A stretch of DNA of 64,000 bases, taken from the IMG/VR virus record IMGVR_UViG_3300012979_001162, positions 1 through 64,000 of that record. One strand, written 5' to 3'. The notes under the pieces were generated by a model. That model was not told the origin of the DNA and made no database searches. It was given only the letters and a program-made list of their open reading frames with translations. The first letter of the stretch is position 1; every line of letters begins with the position of its first letter. The DNA is from a virus (Duplodnaviria > Caudoviricetes). Both the position numbers and the translations under genes were made by a program. Positions 10,101 to 21,353 of the stretch are shown here, in pieces.

Positions 10101-12517
10101 TGAAAGAACTAATTAAACAACTCGCAGTTCTTTATAGCACATATGATGATAGTTTTGTTGGCGATACAGAAGAAGATCCAATTATGGCGCTTGAGGAAAG
10201 GTTGCGGAACTTGCGACCAGATCTTGCAAAAATTGAAGCGTCGCAATTCGAAGATCTTGCTAAGACGTTAACGTCAGAAGAACAATCTACTATTCTTGCA
10301 CAAATTAAAAGCGAAGCAGCAGCCACAGAACAAGCGGTAGATGGATTAAATGAGAGTTTGGAGAAAACTCAACAATTGGCATCTAATGATGGCGCTGGAG
10401 CGGGCACGGGTGACGCCTCTCTTTCTGAACTTGAAGTAGAAAGGGGAAAGGCAGAATCTCTTCAAAATGAGATTGAGCAGAAAAATTCTGCACTTCAAGC
10501 GGCCAATGAAGAAAAACAAGCACTACAAAATGATTTAGACACAACTAGACAGCAACTTGTAGACTCGGAACATGAGAAATCTCTATATGATTCCGCAATG
10601 AATCAACTTACTGAAGAATCTGATGCTAAGGATAGGGTAATTTATGACCTTCGTGAGCAGCTATCAAATGGTGGTGACGCTATATTTACCGCAGAACAAC
10701 GTGCAAACGAAGCAGAGGAAAGAGCAAGTAATCTGGAGCGTAAACTTGCAGAATCATTTGATGGCGATAAGAAACAAGGGTCTGTTAATACCGAAGAACT
10801 TAAGACGCTTCTTAATTCGATTGTGTATAATGTCAAGATTGTGCATGACGATAATGACAAGACGGCAAATAAGATTGCGCTTGATGATTCTACTCTTGAG
10901 ACAACTTTGACTAAGGTTTTTGCGAACATTCTGAATCCTCAAACACAACAAAATGATTCCGAGCAGAAACAATCGTCTTGGGCACTTGAAAGCACATTAC
11001 AAACCGTTAAAGGTGTTCTTGATAACATTCATACGAATACTACCAAGATTGGAAGTTTTAATACTTCCAACGTTGATGCAATAGCAGGAACAGCTCTTGA
11101 TGGCAGGCTTACTGAAATAAGGTCTGTTTTGGAGTCTATTGACAACAAGATTGCTAAAGGCGGCGTTATTGCGACAAGAGGAGCCGTTAAGCAGGCAAAT
11201 GCTCAACCCATAGAATCCGAAGCGAAAACTCAGGCCGCTCGCTCCAATATGCTAAAGTCGCTTATCAACGATTATAAGACTCTTGGTAAGTTATCTGCGC
11301 AGTTTTCAAACGATGGAAATCTTGAAACACAAGCAATGCTCAAAAATCTCAAAGAAGAGATTGCTAGAAAGAGACAGTCGTTAAATATTACGATGGATGA
11401 AAACAGGAGCCTGAGGGAGAAATATAGCATAGCATTTGATGCCGAAAAGAGATTGTTGGATGCCGCGAAGGCACAGGCAAAGATAAATGAAGACAACAGA
11501 GACGACAAGACAGCTTGGAAAAAGAAGGTTAAAGACGCACAGAGAGCAATGGGGGTTAATGCGGCAACAAGTGCAGTTAATGCAGGTGATCAAACTGTAT
11601 TGCGAGCCATTGGAACCGAGGGTGTTTCACAAGATATTGCGAATAAAGCTAAAGAATTATCAGATCAGATTAAGACGTTACGTGTATTACGTGATGAAAT
11701 TGACAAGAAGGGCGAAAAAGCATCTGATGAAGATAGAGATAATCTAAGTAAACAGATATCTAAGGTTAAAGAGCTGAAGACTGAGGTTGATGGTTATCTG
11801 AAGATTCACGAAAAGTATAGCGGTGATAATGTAACTGATCTTGGCGATGCAAGCAATTTTGGGGCCGTTGGTACTGATCAGTATTGGAATAATATTACTG
11901 CGGCAATTAAGAAAGCCCAATCTGGCAAGATGACCATTAAGGGGCTTAATGCGGATACAGGCGAATTGACTGGTACAACCAAGATAGCTGCGAATACTTT
12001 TGCAACCTGGAGCGCGACGGTTGATCCGCTTACGGGCAGACTGAGTATGTTGCGTACCGGAATTAAGAAGACGGAGACACTGGTTGAGATCATCACCCGT
12101 AAAACAAAGGAAATTTTTACGTACTTTAGTGGTTCGAGTATTATTTTCAAGGCATTTAATGAGCTCAAGAAGGGCGTTCAGTATGTAAGAGATATTGACC
12201 TTGCGCTGACTGAGCTTAAGAAGGTAACAGATGAAACAGAAGAAACTTACAGGAAATTTTTAGATACTGCGTCTAAGACTGCGGCAAAAGTTGGTAGTAC
12301 GATTAAGGATGTTATTAGTTCTACTGCCGACTGGGCCCGTTTGGGATACAGTATGAAAGAAGCTGCGGAATTTGCAGAATCTACACAAATTTTAATGAAT
12401 GTCAGTGAATTTACTGATGTTTCTCAGGCAACAGATACGTTAATTTCTGCGGTACAAGCTTTTGGGTATACCGCAGAAACATCAATGGATGTTGTAGATT
12501 TGCTTAATACAATAGGT
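7154..12517 (+). CDS. Tape measure protein, exon 1 (1788 codons)
   Basis: C-terminal part is the phage minor-tail/TMP domain (DIDLALTELKKVTDE...ADWARLGYS...DLLNTIG); exon ends in U at a P1 U-G pair. Confidence 0.9.
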
Positions 12518-13711
12518 AAAATAATTGCCTATAGATAACTATAACGGTTAAAGGCTAGATATAGTTAAGACCGTGGAAAGATTTGATATTCATAATAAAA
12601 AAAATACAAAGGGGGTGAATAATATGGGGTTTATAGACTTAACTGGTACAAAACTTAAATACGCAACAGTGTTATATCGTACAAATGATCATGTTAAACC
12701 AAGCGGACAGCGCGTACCAGTATGGAAGTGTTTATGTGATTGTGGACAAGAATTTGATGTATGGGGGTCAAGCATAAGAAGATCTCCTGATACGATATGC
12801 TGCTCGGAGTGTAGAAATGTTAATAGAAAAATAAAAAATCGAATTAATATTGTTGGTAAAAGATATGGAAGACTTACAATACTTGAATCGATTTATAATG
12901 AACACCAAACACAGGTAAAATGTTTGTGTGATTGTGATAATATTATTGTTGTTTGTCAAGCCGACGTTGTTAATGGTCATACTAAATCTTGCGGATGCCT
13001 TCACAAAGAAAAGACTTCTGAGTCTAATACAAAAGATTGGGCTGGGCATATATCTAATTATGGCGTTGAATTTTTATCACAAAGCCATATGAATAATAAA
13101 GGACAGTGGATTTGGAATTGCAAATGTGGAATATGTGGCGATGAGTTTGTTGCTTTACCAGCAAAAGTGAACAATGGGCAGATTACATCATGTGGATGTG
13201 CATCACAATCATCCAAAGAAAGATTGATTAAAAATATATTGGATGATTTAAGCGTTGATTTTATACCACAATATTCATTTTCTGATTGTAGATATAAATA
13301 TCCGTTAAAATTTGATTTTTGCGTATTATATAAATCTCATGTATTGTATTTAATAGAATATGATGGTAAGCAACATTTTGAGCCAATTGATTTATTTGGT
13401 GGTGACTTAGCTTTTAAAGAATTACAAAAGCGAGATAACATTAAAAATGAATATTGTAAATCTAATAATATTCCTTTATTGAGAATACCATATACATTGT
13501 CGGACGAAGAAATTAAAAATATAATTTATGAATATCATTTATCCGTAACGACTGCAGGATGTGCATAGTAATATGCATATTGAAGTTATCCTTACAAATT
13601 ATGTAAGTAATATACAGTCTGAACTCACACTATAATATATGAAATGAAATGTGAGAGATAGGCCGAAAGACCTATCCGCCATAGTAATATGGTCATAAAA
13701 GTAACAGTTTG
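12518..13711 (+). mobile_element. Group I intron 1 in the tape measure gene (1194 nt, ORF in P6 region)
   Basis: P1 ATAGGT|.../GCCTAT with U-G at the splice site; P3 GATAACT/AGTTATC; P7 GACTG/CAGTC; terminal G13711; splicing restores LNTIG|NNYAIST. Confidence 0.92.
12624..13568 (+). CDS. Intron-encoded homing endonuclease (Cys-rich repeats plus C-terminal Vsr/DUF559-like PD-(D/E)XK domain)
   Basis: CLCDCG/KSCGC repeats; SKERLI...LKFDF...IEYDGKQH...KRDNIKNEYC...LLRIPY; 3' end runs into the intron core. Confidence 0.82.
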   Translation: MGFIDLTGTKLKYATVLYRTNDHVKPSGQRVPVWKCLCDCGQEFDVWGSSIRRSPDTICCSECRNVNRKIKNRINIVGKRYGRLTILESIYNEHQTQVKCLCDCDNIIVVCQADVVNGHTKSCGCLHKEKTSESNTKDWAGHISNYGVEFLSQSHMNNKGQWIWNCKCGICGDEFVALPAKVNNGQITSCGCASQSSKERLIKNILDDLSVDFIPQYSFSDCRYKYPLKFDFCVLYKSHVLYLIEYDGKQHFEPIDLFGGDLAFKELQKRDNIKNEYCKSNNIPLLRIPYTLSDEEIKNIIYEYHLSVTTAGCA

Positions 13712-13825
13712 AATAATTACGCAATCTCTACAGCAGATTTGGCTCAATCATTAACCAAATCTTCTGCATCATTAGTGGCTGCCGGAGGCAACCTTGCCGA
13801 AGCGGCGGCATTAACTGCGACAGCT
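13712..13825 (+). CDS. Tape measure protein, exon 2 (38 codons; absent from ORF track)
   Basis: Reads NNYAISTADLAQSLTKSSASLVAAGGNLAEAAALTATA, the expected continuation of the TMP domain; bounded by G|AAT and GCT|ATGTAA. Confidence 0.92.
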
Positions 13826-14248
13826 ATGTAAAATTGGCTGTTTTATATAGAAATATATAATTGTATCACATTTAATTGCGGGGAACCCCTTAGAGTTCTA
13901 ACAACCAAGTATATATAGGAATATATATATGGCAAAGAGTAACAGCTTTGGTATGGTAAAATTGTTAGAAATTGGGCAATCAAACGCAGCGAAGCTTCTA
14001 GAACAGAAGAACGTTCAACGACCATTCCCATTATGGGGTTTGAGAATATTGGCTTTGCCAGTTATCAAATTAGGGTATGAATCCTGAATACTCAAACCAT
14101 TAGAAGTACGGCGCAATCGCAAATGGCGTAGGAGAAAATCCTTTAAATGGAAATAGTGTGCCCGTAACGTGTAGTGACGACGGAGAAGATATGGTCTATT
14201 CAATATAGAAATTATATTGGTATGTTATTTATATAAAAGAGGTATGAT

Positions 14249-14422
14249 ATGAAAAAATTTGATAAAGAGTATTCAACTCAATATACTCCAGAAAAACTAT
14301 ATTTGGAACGAAACGGAATTTTCCCATCGTTTGTTAAAGTAGTGGATGGAGTTACAACGTATAAATACACAAAAACGTCAGAATTGTTTAAGTTGCTGGC
14401 GATTTTTTATGTTCAAAAATAA
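14249..14422 (+). CDS. 57-aa small protein inside intron 2 (below ORF-track cutoff)
   Basis: AGAGGT RBS; MKKFDKEYSTQYTPEKLYLERNGIFPSFVKVVDGVTTYKYTKTSELFKLLAIFYVQK. Confidence 0.7.
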   Translation: MKKFDKEYSTQYTPEKLYLERNGIFPSFVKVVDGVTTYKYTKTSELFKLLAIFYVQK

Positions 14423-14453
14423 TTTAACAAAGGATAATATATAGGTGATAATT

Positions 14454-15602
14454 ATGGCAAAATATAAACATATATGTAAACAATGCGGAGAATATTTTGA
14501 AGATTACTGCGAAACAACATTGTTTTGTAGTAGAAAGTGTTACTATGATAATAAAAATCAAAATAGTAAATATAGCAATATTGCTTGTCCTATTTGTGGC
14601 ACAGAATTTAAGCAAAAGCGCCAGAATCATATATTTTGTAGCGTATCTTGCCGAGTTAAGGCTACAGAAAAGAAGATTGAATGCGTTTGTGATTATTGCG
14701 GTAAACCATTTAGCAGAAAAGAGTCAGAGGTTACTAAAAATCGACGACATTATTGCTCCGATGAATGCAAACGAAAAGGCATGTATTGGAGCGACGAAGA
14801 CACAAATTTGTTGATTGAAAATTTTAATATTATGTCATATAAAGAAATGACTGGAATTTTTTCATCGCCCAAAACAGTAGCTGAAATTAAGCGTCGAGCA
14901 ATTTATATCGGATTAACTGAGAGTCAACAATGGAAACCTGAAGACATAGAGATACTGGCTAAATATTATTCTACTGTACCAATACAACAGGTTATGGCTC
15001 TGTTACCCGACAAAACTTTATTATCAATACGGGGACAGGCCAAGGCGCAAAATTTAAAAAGTTTTTATTATTTGAGCCGGATATATACTGATGATGAAGA
15101 AGAGTATTTGCGGCAAAATTATTTGAGTCAAACCAACGAACAGATTGGCGAAGCACTGGGAAGACAACCTAGTGCGATAGGACAACATCTGTGGGTAATG
15201 GGATTGAGTCGTCCTAAATGTGCAGATGGATACACTGATATTTCTGAATACATAAGATCTCGTTTGTATATGTGGAAAAATGAGATAAAAGAGAAAAATA
15301 ATTATACTTGTGCTCTAAGCGGATCACGAAGCAATATAGTCGTACATCACATTTATGGATTTAATCTATTATTAACCGAAGCCATAGATAGTGTTGGATT
15401 ATCTGTATATGAAGATTTAACAAAATATTCAGAGGATGAATTGAATAGATTAACAGAGGAATTTTTGTCTTTACAGGAATACTATGGTCAATATATATGT
15501 ATTACAGAAAGTATTCATAAATATTTTCATAGTATTTATGGGTATGGGAACAACACTCAACAACAATGGGACGAGTTTGTTAACGTATATTATAAAAAAT
15601 AA
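14454..15602 (+). CDS. Intron-encoded HNH-type endonuclease with Zn-finger and Myb/HTH-like repeats
   Basis: Three CxxC...FCSxxC units, WSDED/WKPED/YTDDE repeats, C-terminal NYTCALSG...VVHHI...HKYFHSIYG. Confidence 0.78.
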   Translation: MAKYKHICKQCGEYFEDYCETTLFCSRKCYYDNKNQNSKYSNIACPICGTEFKQKRQNHIFCSVSCRVKATEKKIECVCDYCGKPFSRKESEVTKNRRHYCSDECKRKGMYWSDEDTNLLIENFNIMSYKEMTGIFSSPKTVAEIKRRAIYIGLTESQQWKPEDIEILAKYYSTVPIQQVMALLPDKTLLSIRGQAKAQNLKSFYYLSRIYTDDEEEYLRQNYLSQTNEQIGEALGRQPSAIGQHLWVMGLSRPKCADGYTDISEYIRSRLYMWKNEIKEKNNYTCALSGSRSNIVVHHIYGFNLLLTEAIDSVGLSVYEDLTKYSEDELNRLTEEFLSLQEYYGQYICITESIHKYFHSIYGYGNNTQQQWDEFVNVYYKK

Positions 15603-15654
15603 ATAATGAATAAATAACATACAGCAAGATTTGCGACCTTGCTAAATATAAAAG

Positions 15655-18600
15655 AATGCTATAATTCAGGATGCGGATTCCGTAGGAACTGCCCTGAAAA
15701 CAACTTCGCTCCGTCTTCGTGGAACCTCAGTGAAGGTTTTAGAGGAAGAAGGATTAGACTCTGACGGCGCAATTGAATCTACGTCAAAACTTCGTAGTCA
15801 AGTTTTAGCTACTGCTGGCGTGGATATTTTAACCGATTCTGGCGCATATAAGAGCACGTATCAGATATTATTAGAAATTGCAGAAGTATGGGATAGGATT
15901 ACTGACGATAAAGCCAGGGCTGGATTATTGGAACTCCTAGCCGGCAAGCGTAACAGCTCAGTCATTGCAGCTCTACTTCAAAATCCAGAGAAACTCGAAG
16001 CTGCCTACAAAGATGCACAAAATGCCGAAGGTAGTGCATTAAAAGAAAACGAAAAATACCTTGACAGCATCCAAGGTAAAATTGACCAATTTAATAATAC
16101 CGTTCAAACCCTGTGGAGTAATACACTTGATAGTGATTGGGTAAAACGTATTGTTGAAGCAGGAACTTGGCTCTTTAAAATTCTTGACACATTGAAACCA
16201 ATTTCGGTATTAATTGCAGGAATTGCTGTATATTTAAATAAAAAATATAATTTTGTAGATTTTAGTAATTTATTTACTGGCTTTAAAGAGGCCTTTTCAA
16301 ACTCTAAGGGACCAAAAGATTTCTTTAAGAATTTGAAAAATGGATTTAAAGATACTGAAATCTCGATAGAAAAAGCTAAAGAAAAATTAAGGGAACTAGA
16401 AGAACAAAAAACAAAACTTGGTGATCCGAAATCCGAAAAGAACCGTCGTAAGGTTGATGCTCTTGACCAAGAAATAAATGCATATAAAGAAATGCTTGCG
16501 CCAAGTGAGGATTTGATATCAGCGCAAAATCAGTTAAACGCTGCAGAAAAGAGACTAGCTAATTATAAGGGCGACAACGCAAAGACTATTCAAAAATATG
16601 AGCGTGAAGTTAAAAAGGCAAAATTAGAAGTTGATAATCTTACAAATGCACAACAAAGAACTGGTAAAACAGGTAAAACTGCTTTTTCCGGATTAGGTAA
16701 GGGCGTAAAAGCTTTCGGAAAACAGGTTGCCTCGGTCGTATCTCAGATGCTTATTATGTTAGCAATTACAAAGATCATTGAATTGTTATTCAAAGCATTT
16801 GATGCCTTAATAACTACTCCAGAAGAGGCCGCCGAGAAATACGAAGAGTTAAATGGCGAGCTCGATACTCTTAAAGATAATTTAAAAACAATCGAGGGTG
16901 AATTATCAGCAATTGATGATAAAATGGCAGATTTGATTGCAAAAGGGCCATTAACTTTTGTTGAACAAGAAGAACTTGATCGCTTAAAAGCAGAAAGAGA
17001 AGAGCTTGAGCGCACACTTGAGTTGAATGAACAATTGGCAAAACAGAAACAGCAGCAAGTTAATAACCAAACAAGTGACCAGGTTGAGTATTACCGAAAC
17101 AAGGGCGTTAAGTCTGGAAAAACTACCGCTGAAAAGACTGGAAGTGGCGCTGCTACGGGAACTGCCATTGGTGCCGGGGCTGCAGGACTCGCTCTTACAG
17201 CGACGGGTGGTGCGGCTGGATTAGCAACGACATTGGGTGTTACTGGCGCTACACAGGCATGGAATCCGGTCGGATGGGGACTCTTGATAGCTGCGGCAAT
17301 TGTAGCAGCCGGAGCCATTATTGGCACCGCTGTTGGTGCCGCTAGTGGTGCTCTCGAAGAGAAGGTTGGCGACTCCATTGAAAATATGGAGGAGAAGCTT
17401 GCGGAAAAAGAAGCAGAAGTAGAAAAAAGAAGGGCAAAGTACCAGAAAACTGGAAAAGATGGCGATAGAAAAAAATATGAAGAAGCGCAGAAAGCACTAA
17501 GCGACTATCGTGGCGAAATGGCCAAATACTTCACAGAAATCGATGCCATGTATCAAAATGTTGATTTGAGTACCATAGAAGATCCAGACGAATACAAACG
17601 CCTCAAAGCAGAGATGAACGACTTCTATAATGAGCGTGATAAATGGTTAATTAAGTCTGGGGCGGAGGGTGCGGAATCTAATGCTATTGAACGCATATTC
17701 AGCAAAGATGATTATAAGAACGCGTCCGATACTATTGATACTCTGGTAGAGAAGCTTAAAAAAGACCCGACTGACCAAAGTGTACTCAGTCAAATTAGCG
17801 AACATTGTAAGGTTGCCGAGGCAGACCTTCAGGCAGTAGGTAGTTCTGTTGATGCCGCGAGAAATTACTTTACAATGCTTGGTCAGAACGCTGCATTTGA
17901 TACCTTGGGGGGCAAGACGGCAGAAATAACGTCGGCAACATCGAAATTACAAGCATTGTTGTCTAACATAAAATCTGCTGATTTTACTGGGCTTTTTGGT
18001 CGAGGTGGTGAGGTTAATAAAATCGCCATCGCAGAGTACTTTCAGGGTACATCTGAGGCTACTCGTACAGAAATCGCAAAACTTGTCAAGAGTATCAACG
18101 ACGATAAGATTAGTGTAGAGGATGCATTAAAGCAGTTTGAATACTTCGGTATTGATGCTACTATTGATATTTATCTCAAAGAGAACGCCGTTAATCTTGA
18201 GGAGGTAACAGAAAAAATTGATAACATTCAAGATGCATATTCCGCTTTATCAGACGCGGTAACTCAATATAATGAAAATGGTTATCTCACACTTGATAAT
18301 CTACAGGCATTATTAAGTCTTAAGCCGGAATATCTTGCGCTGTTGCAAATGGAAAACGGGCAGTTAAGCATTAATCAGTCTGCAATGGAAACTATGGTAC
18401 AGGCGAAGTTGGCGGATGCCAAAGCGACCGTTATCCAAAGTGCAATGGAACAGCTTCATGCTTTAGCGTCAAGAACAGCGGCCGATGAGGTTAATAATAG
18501 TGCGACCGCCGCATCTAATGCGGTTAGCAGTCTTGGTGAATATGCTAGTGCTCTTGGAACTGTTTCTAAGGACGCAATTGTTGCGGCGGGCGCCGTTACT

Positions 18601-19581
18601 GCATTAAACGCAGCCGTTGCAGGGGCTAAAGCAAACGAATTGGTTGATCAATCTGAAATTGATACTATTATGTCAACTATGAATAATAGTTTATTGATGA
18701 TTGACAAGCTCGGAGCTAACTTGTCTACGAACTTCAATCCTATTATGGGTAATGACACCGATAAAGATAAAGACGGAAAAGACGATGATGAAGAAGACAA
18801 GATTGCGGATGGCTGGGAAAAACTTCTCGCCAAATACGAAAACAAACTCTCTCTTCTTTCTAACGAGCGCGATCTTATCCAAGCCGAAATAGATAAAGCT
18901 GAAGCTCGTGGTGGAAAGGCGTCTTCTAAGAATTACGAAGATTTGATTCGTAATTCTGCCGAAGAAAAAGCATTACTTGAAGAAAAACAAAAAGCTCTAC
19001 AAGAATATCTTGACGCCAATGCTAACGCAATAGACCAAGACACTTGGACTGATTACAATAACGAAATCAACGAAACCGCCGTTGCAATAAAAGAATGTGA
19101 AATTAATACAATCGAATGGGCAGGGGCTATTCGTGAAATTGATTTGCATTATTTTGAACAAATTACAGATGAGGTTTCTCGCCTTGGCGAAGAACTTGAT
19201 TTTGTTAATAGTTTACTCGAAGATGAAGAGGTTGCCGATGAGAACGGTAACTGGAGTTCTGCAGCACTTACTCGTATGGGTATGTATACTCAACAAATGG
19301 AGATGGCTGCAGTAGAAGCTGCGAGATACCAAGATGAAATTGATAAGGTTAATGAACAATATGCAAAAGGCGAGTTGAGTGAAGAGCAGTATCAAGAGGC
19401 GTTGTCTGACCTTGTAAATGGACAACAAGACGCTATTCAGTCTTATGAGGACGCCAAGGATAGCATCGTTGAATTTAATGAGGCTCGTATTGACGCAATT
19501 CGTGAAGGCATAGAAAAAGAGATTGAGGCATTCCAGGATTTAACGGATGCTAAAAAAGAAGAATTAGACGCAGAAAGAGAT
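15655..19581 (+). CDS. Tape measure protein, exon 3 (1309 codons)
   Basis: In frame with ORF 15730; GAYKSTYQILLEIA...LLAGKR...YLDSIQGK TMP motifs, TM segments, coiled coils. Confidence 0.9.
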
Positions 19582-19769
19582 TAAGTATTAAACTTACTTA
19601 GTCCGCTATAATACGAAAGTTTATAGTGTATCCCTTTTAATTGCTGGGACTTCCTTAGAGTCTCACAAACAACAACGTGGTTGGTGACAACGAGCGTGAA
19701 TGTTTAAAAATTGTGAGAATTGGATAATCAGCAGCCAAGATTTGTAATATTATTTGTTTATTTTGCTAA

Positions 19770-19798
19770 TTGACAAAACAAAATGATTATGGTATAAT
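19770..19798 (+). promoter_or_regulatory. Consensus sigma-A promoter inside intron 3, with the 17-bp box in its spacer
   Basis: TTGACA-N17-TATAAT with extended TG. Confidence 0.8.
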
Positions 19799-20023
19799 AT
19801 TACAAATAAGGTTCAACGGCCATTCCCTGAAATGGGATTAGGGGCAAGTGTCCCGAAATGGAGGGTGCCTAAGGTCATTACAGTACAAAATGATTATGGC
19901 AAATGATATGGTCTGCACTTCGATGAAAGTCGGAGAAATTACTGAAAAGTAAACTGTGAGATTTAACGAATCTAAAATTAACAAATTATACAATACAAAA
20001 TGATTTAACAAGGAGGTGAGAAT

Positions 20024-21337
20024 ATGGCACAAAAGAAGACAAGAGAGGAATATGTTGAAGAATTAAAAATTAAAAATCCAGATATAGAACTGGTGGGAGA
20101 TTATATTAACGATCATACAAAAACGTTACATCGGTGCAACAAGCATAATGTATTATGGGATATATCTCCAAACAAAGTGCTATTGGGTAGAGGGTGCAAA
20201 GAGTGTGGACAAGAGAGATACAGAGATAAAAGAGGCAAGTCTGAGAAACGATATATTCAAGAATTGGCTGCAAAGAATCCTACAATCAAATTAAAAGGTA
20301 AATATATCAATTACAATACTCCTGTAGAACATTACTGTGAGACACATGATATGTTATTTGATATTAGACCAGGTGATGCGTTGCGCGGCAAAGGATGTAA
20401 AATGTGCAAGTCTGATAAGCTAAGAGCCAAGTTGTTAAAACCAGAAGAAGAATATGTTAAAGAACTTGCAGATAAAAATCCTAATGCTAAACTAGTCGGA
20501 AAATATATGGGGATTGATGTGGCTACGGAGCATCAATGTTTAATTCATAATGTAGTGTGGATGGCGTTGCCACACAATGTTTTATACGGTAAAGGCTGTC
20601 GTCAGTGTTTGGCTGAAAAGATCGGGAATCGACTTCGTAAGCCGGAGGAACAATATATATCTGAATTATCGGTTGAAAATCCTGATATAAAATTGGTTGG
20701 CGAATACATCAATGGGAAGACGCCAACCGAACATTACTGTGAAAAACACAGTCTTGTTTTTAATATTTCCCCAGAATGTGCTTTGCGAGGATATGGTTGT
20801 CCCAAATGTGCTTCGGAGAAGCTTAGAACGCAGTTACTTAAGCCTGAGGAGCAATATATATTGGAACTACAAATACAACATCCATATATTGTGTTGTGCG
20901 ACAAGTATGTTGGAACACACGTAAATACACCACATGAATGTTTGTTGTGTGGACACAAATGGGAGCCGAGGCCTGCAAATTTATTGTCGGGTATAGGCTG
21001 TCCTTGCTGCAATGAATCTAAAGGTGAAAAGGCGGTTACCGAATGGTTAAAACATCGTGACATTAGGCGTGTTCCACAGAAAAAGTTTAGTGATTGTTGT
21101 GACCAAAGAGAATTGCCCTTTGATTTTTATTTGCCAGATTATAATACTTGTATTGAATATCAGGGCAAACAACATTATGAGCCAATAGAGTATTTTGGTG
21201 GAGAGGAAGCGCTGTTATACACCCAATATCATGATCAAATTAAGTTTGATTATTGTATTACAAACAGTATTAAGCTCATTTGCGTTCCATATTGGGAAGA
21301 TGTGGATGAATATTTAAATAAAAATTTGTTAATTTGA
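20024..21337 (+). CDS. Intron-encoded homing endonuclease (five ~67-aa Zn-ribbon repeats plus Vsr/DUF559-like domain)
   Basis: Repeats KNPxIxLxGxY...HxC...GxGCxxC; C-terminal SKGEKAV...LPFDFY...IEYQGKQH; AAGGAGGTG RBS. Confidence 0.82.
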   Translation: MAQKKTREEYVEELKIKNPDIELVGDYINDHTKTLHRCNKHNVLWDISPNKVLLGRGCKECGQERYRDKRGKSEKRYIQELAAKNPTIKLKGKYINYNTPVEHYCETHDMLFDIRPGDALRGKGCKMCKSDKLRAKLLKPEEEYVKELADKNPNAKLVGKYMGIDVATEHQCLIHNVVWMALPHNVLYGKGCRQCLAEKIGNRLRKPEEQYISELSVENPDIKLVGEYINGKTPTEHYCEKHSLVFNISPECALRGYGCPKCASEKLRTQLLKPEEQYILELQIQHPYIVLCDKYVGTHVNTPHECLLCGHKWEPRPANLLSGIGCPCCNESKGEKAVTEWLKHRDIRRVPQKKFSDCCDQRELPFDFYLPDYNTCIEYQGKQHYEPIEYFGGEEALLYTQYHDQIKFDYCITNSIKLICVPYWEDVDEYLNKNLLI

Positions 21338-21353
21338 ACACAGAACATAATGG

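Larger units (their letters stand above)
13826..15654 (+). mobile_element. Group I intron 2 in the tape measure gene (1829 nt, IA-like; two ORFs in P9 region)
   Basis: P1 ACAGCT|.../GGCTGT; core AATTGCGGGGAA, CGCAGCGAAG, TTCAACGACCAT, AAGATATGGTCT; stem TATGTTATTTAT(14221)/ATAAATAACATA(15610) loops out the ORFs; terminal G15654; splicing gives TATA|NAIIQDADSVGTALKT. Confidence 0.92.
19582..21353 (+). mobile_element. Group I intron 3 in the tape measure gene (1772 nt, IA-like; ORF in P9 region)
   Basis: P1 GAT|TAAGTA/TACTTAGTC with U-G; core AATTGCTGGGA, AATCAGCAGCCAAG, TTCAACGGCCAT, ATGATATGGTCT; 13-bp stem AAATTAACAAATT(19975)/AATTTGTTAATTT(21323); terminal G21353; splicing gives DAERD|LYEFRKD. 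Confidence 0.9.
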
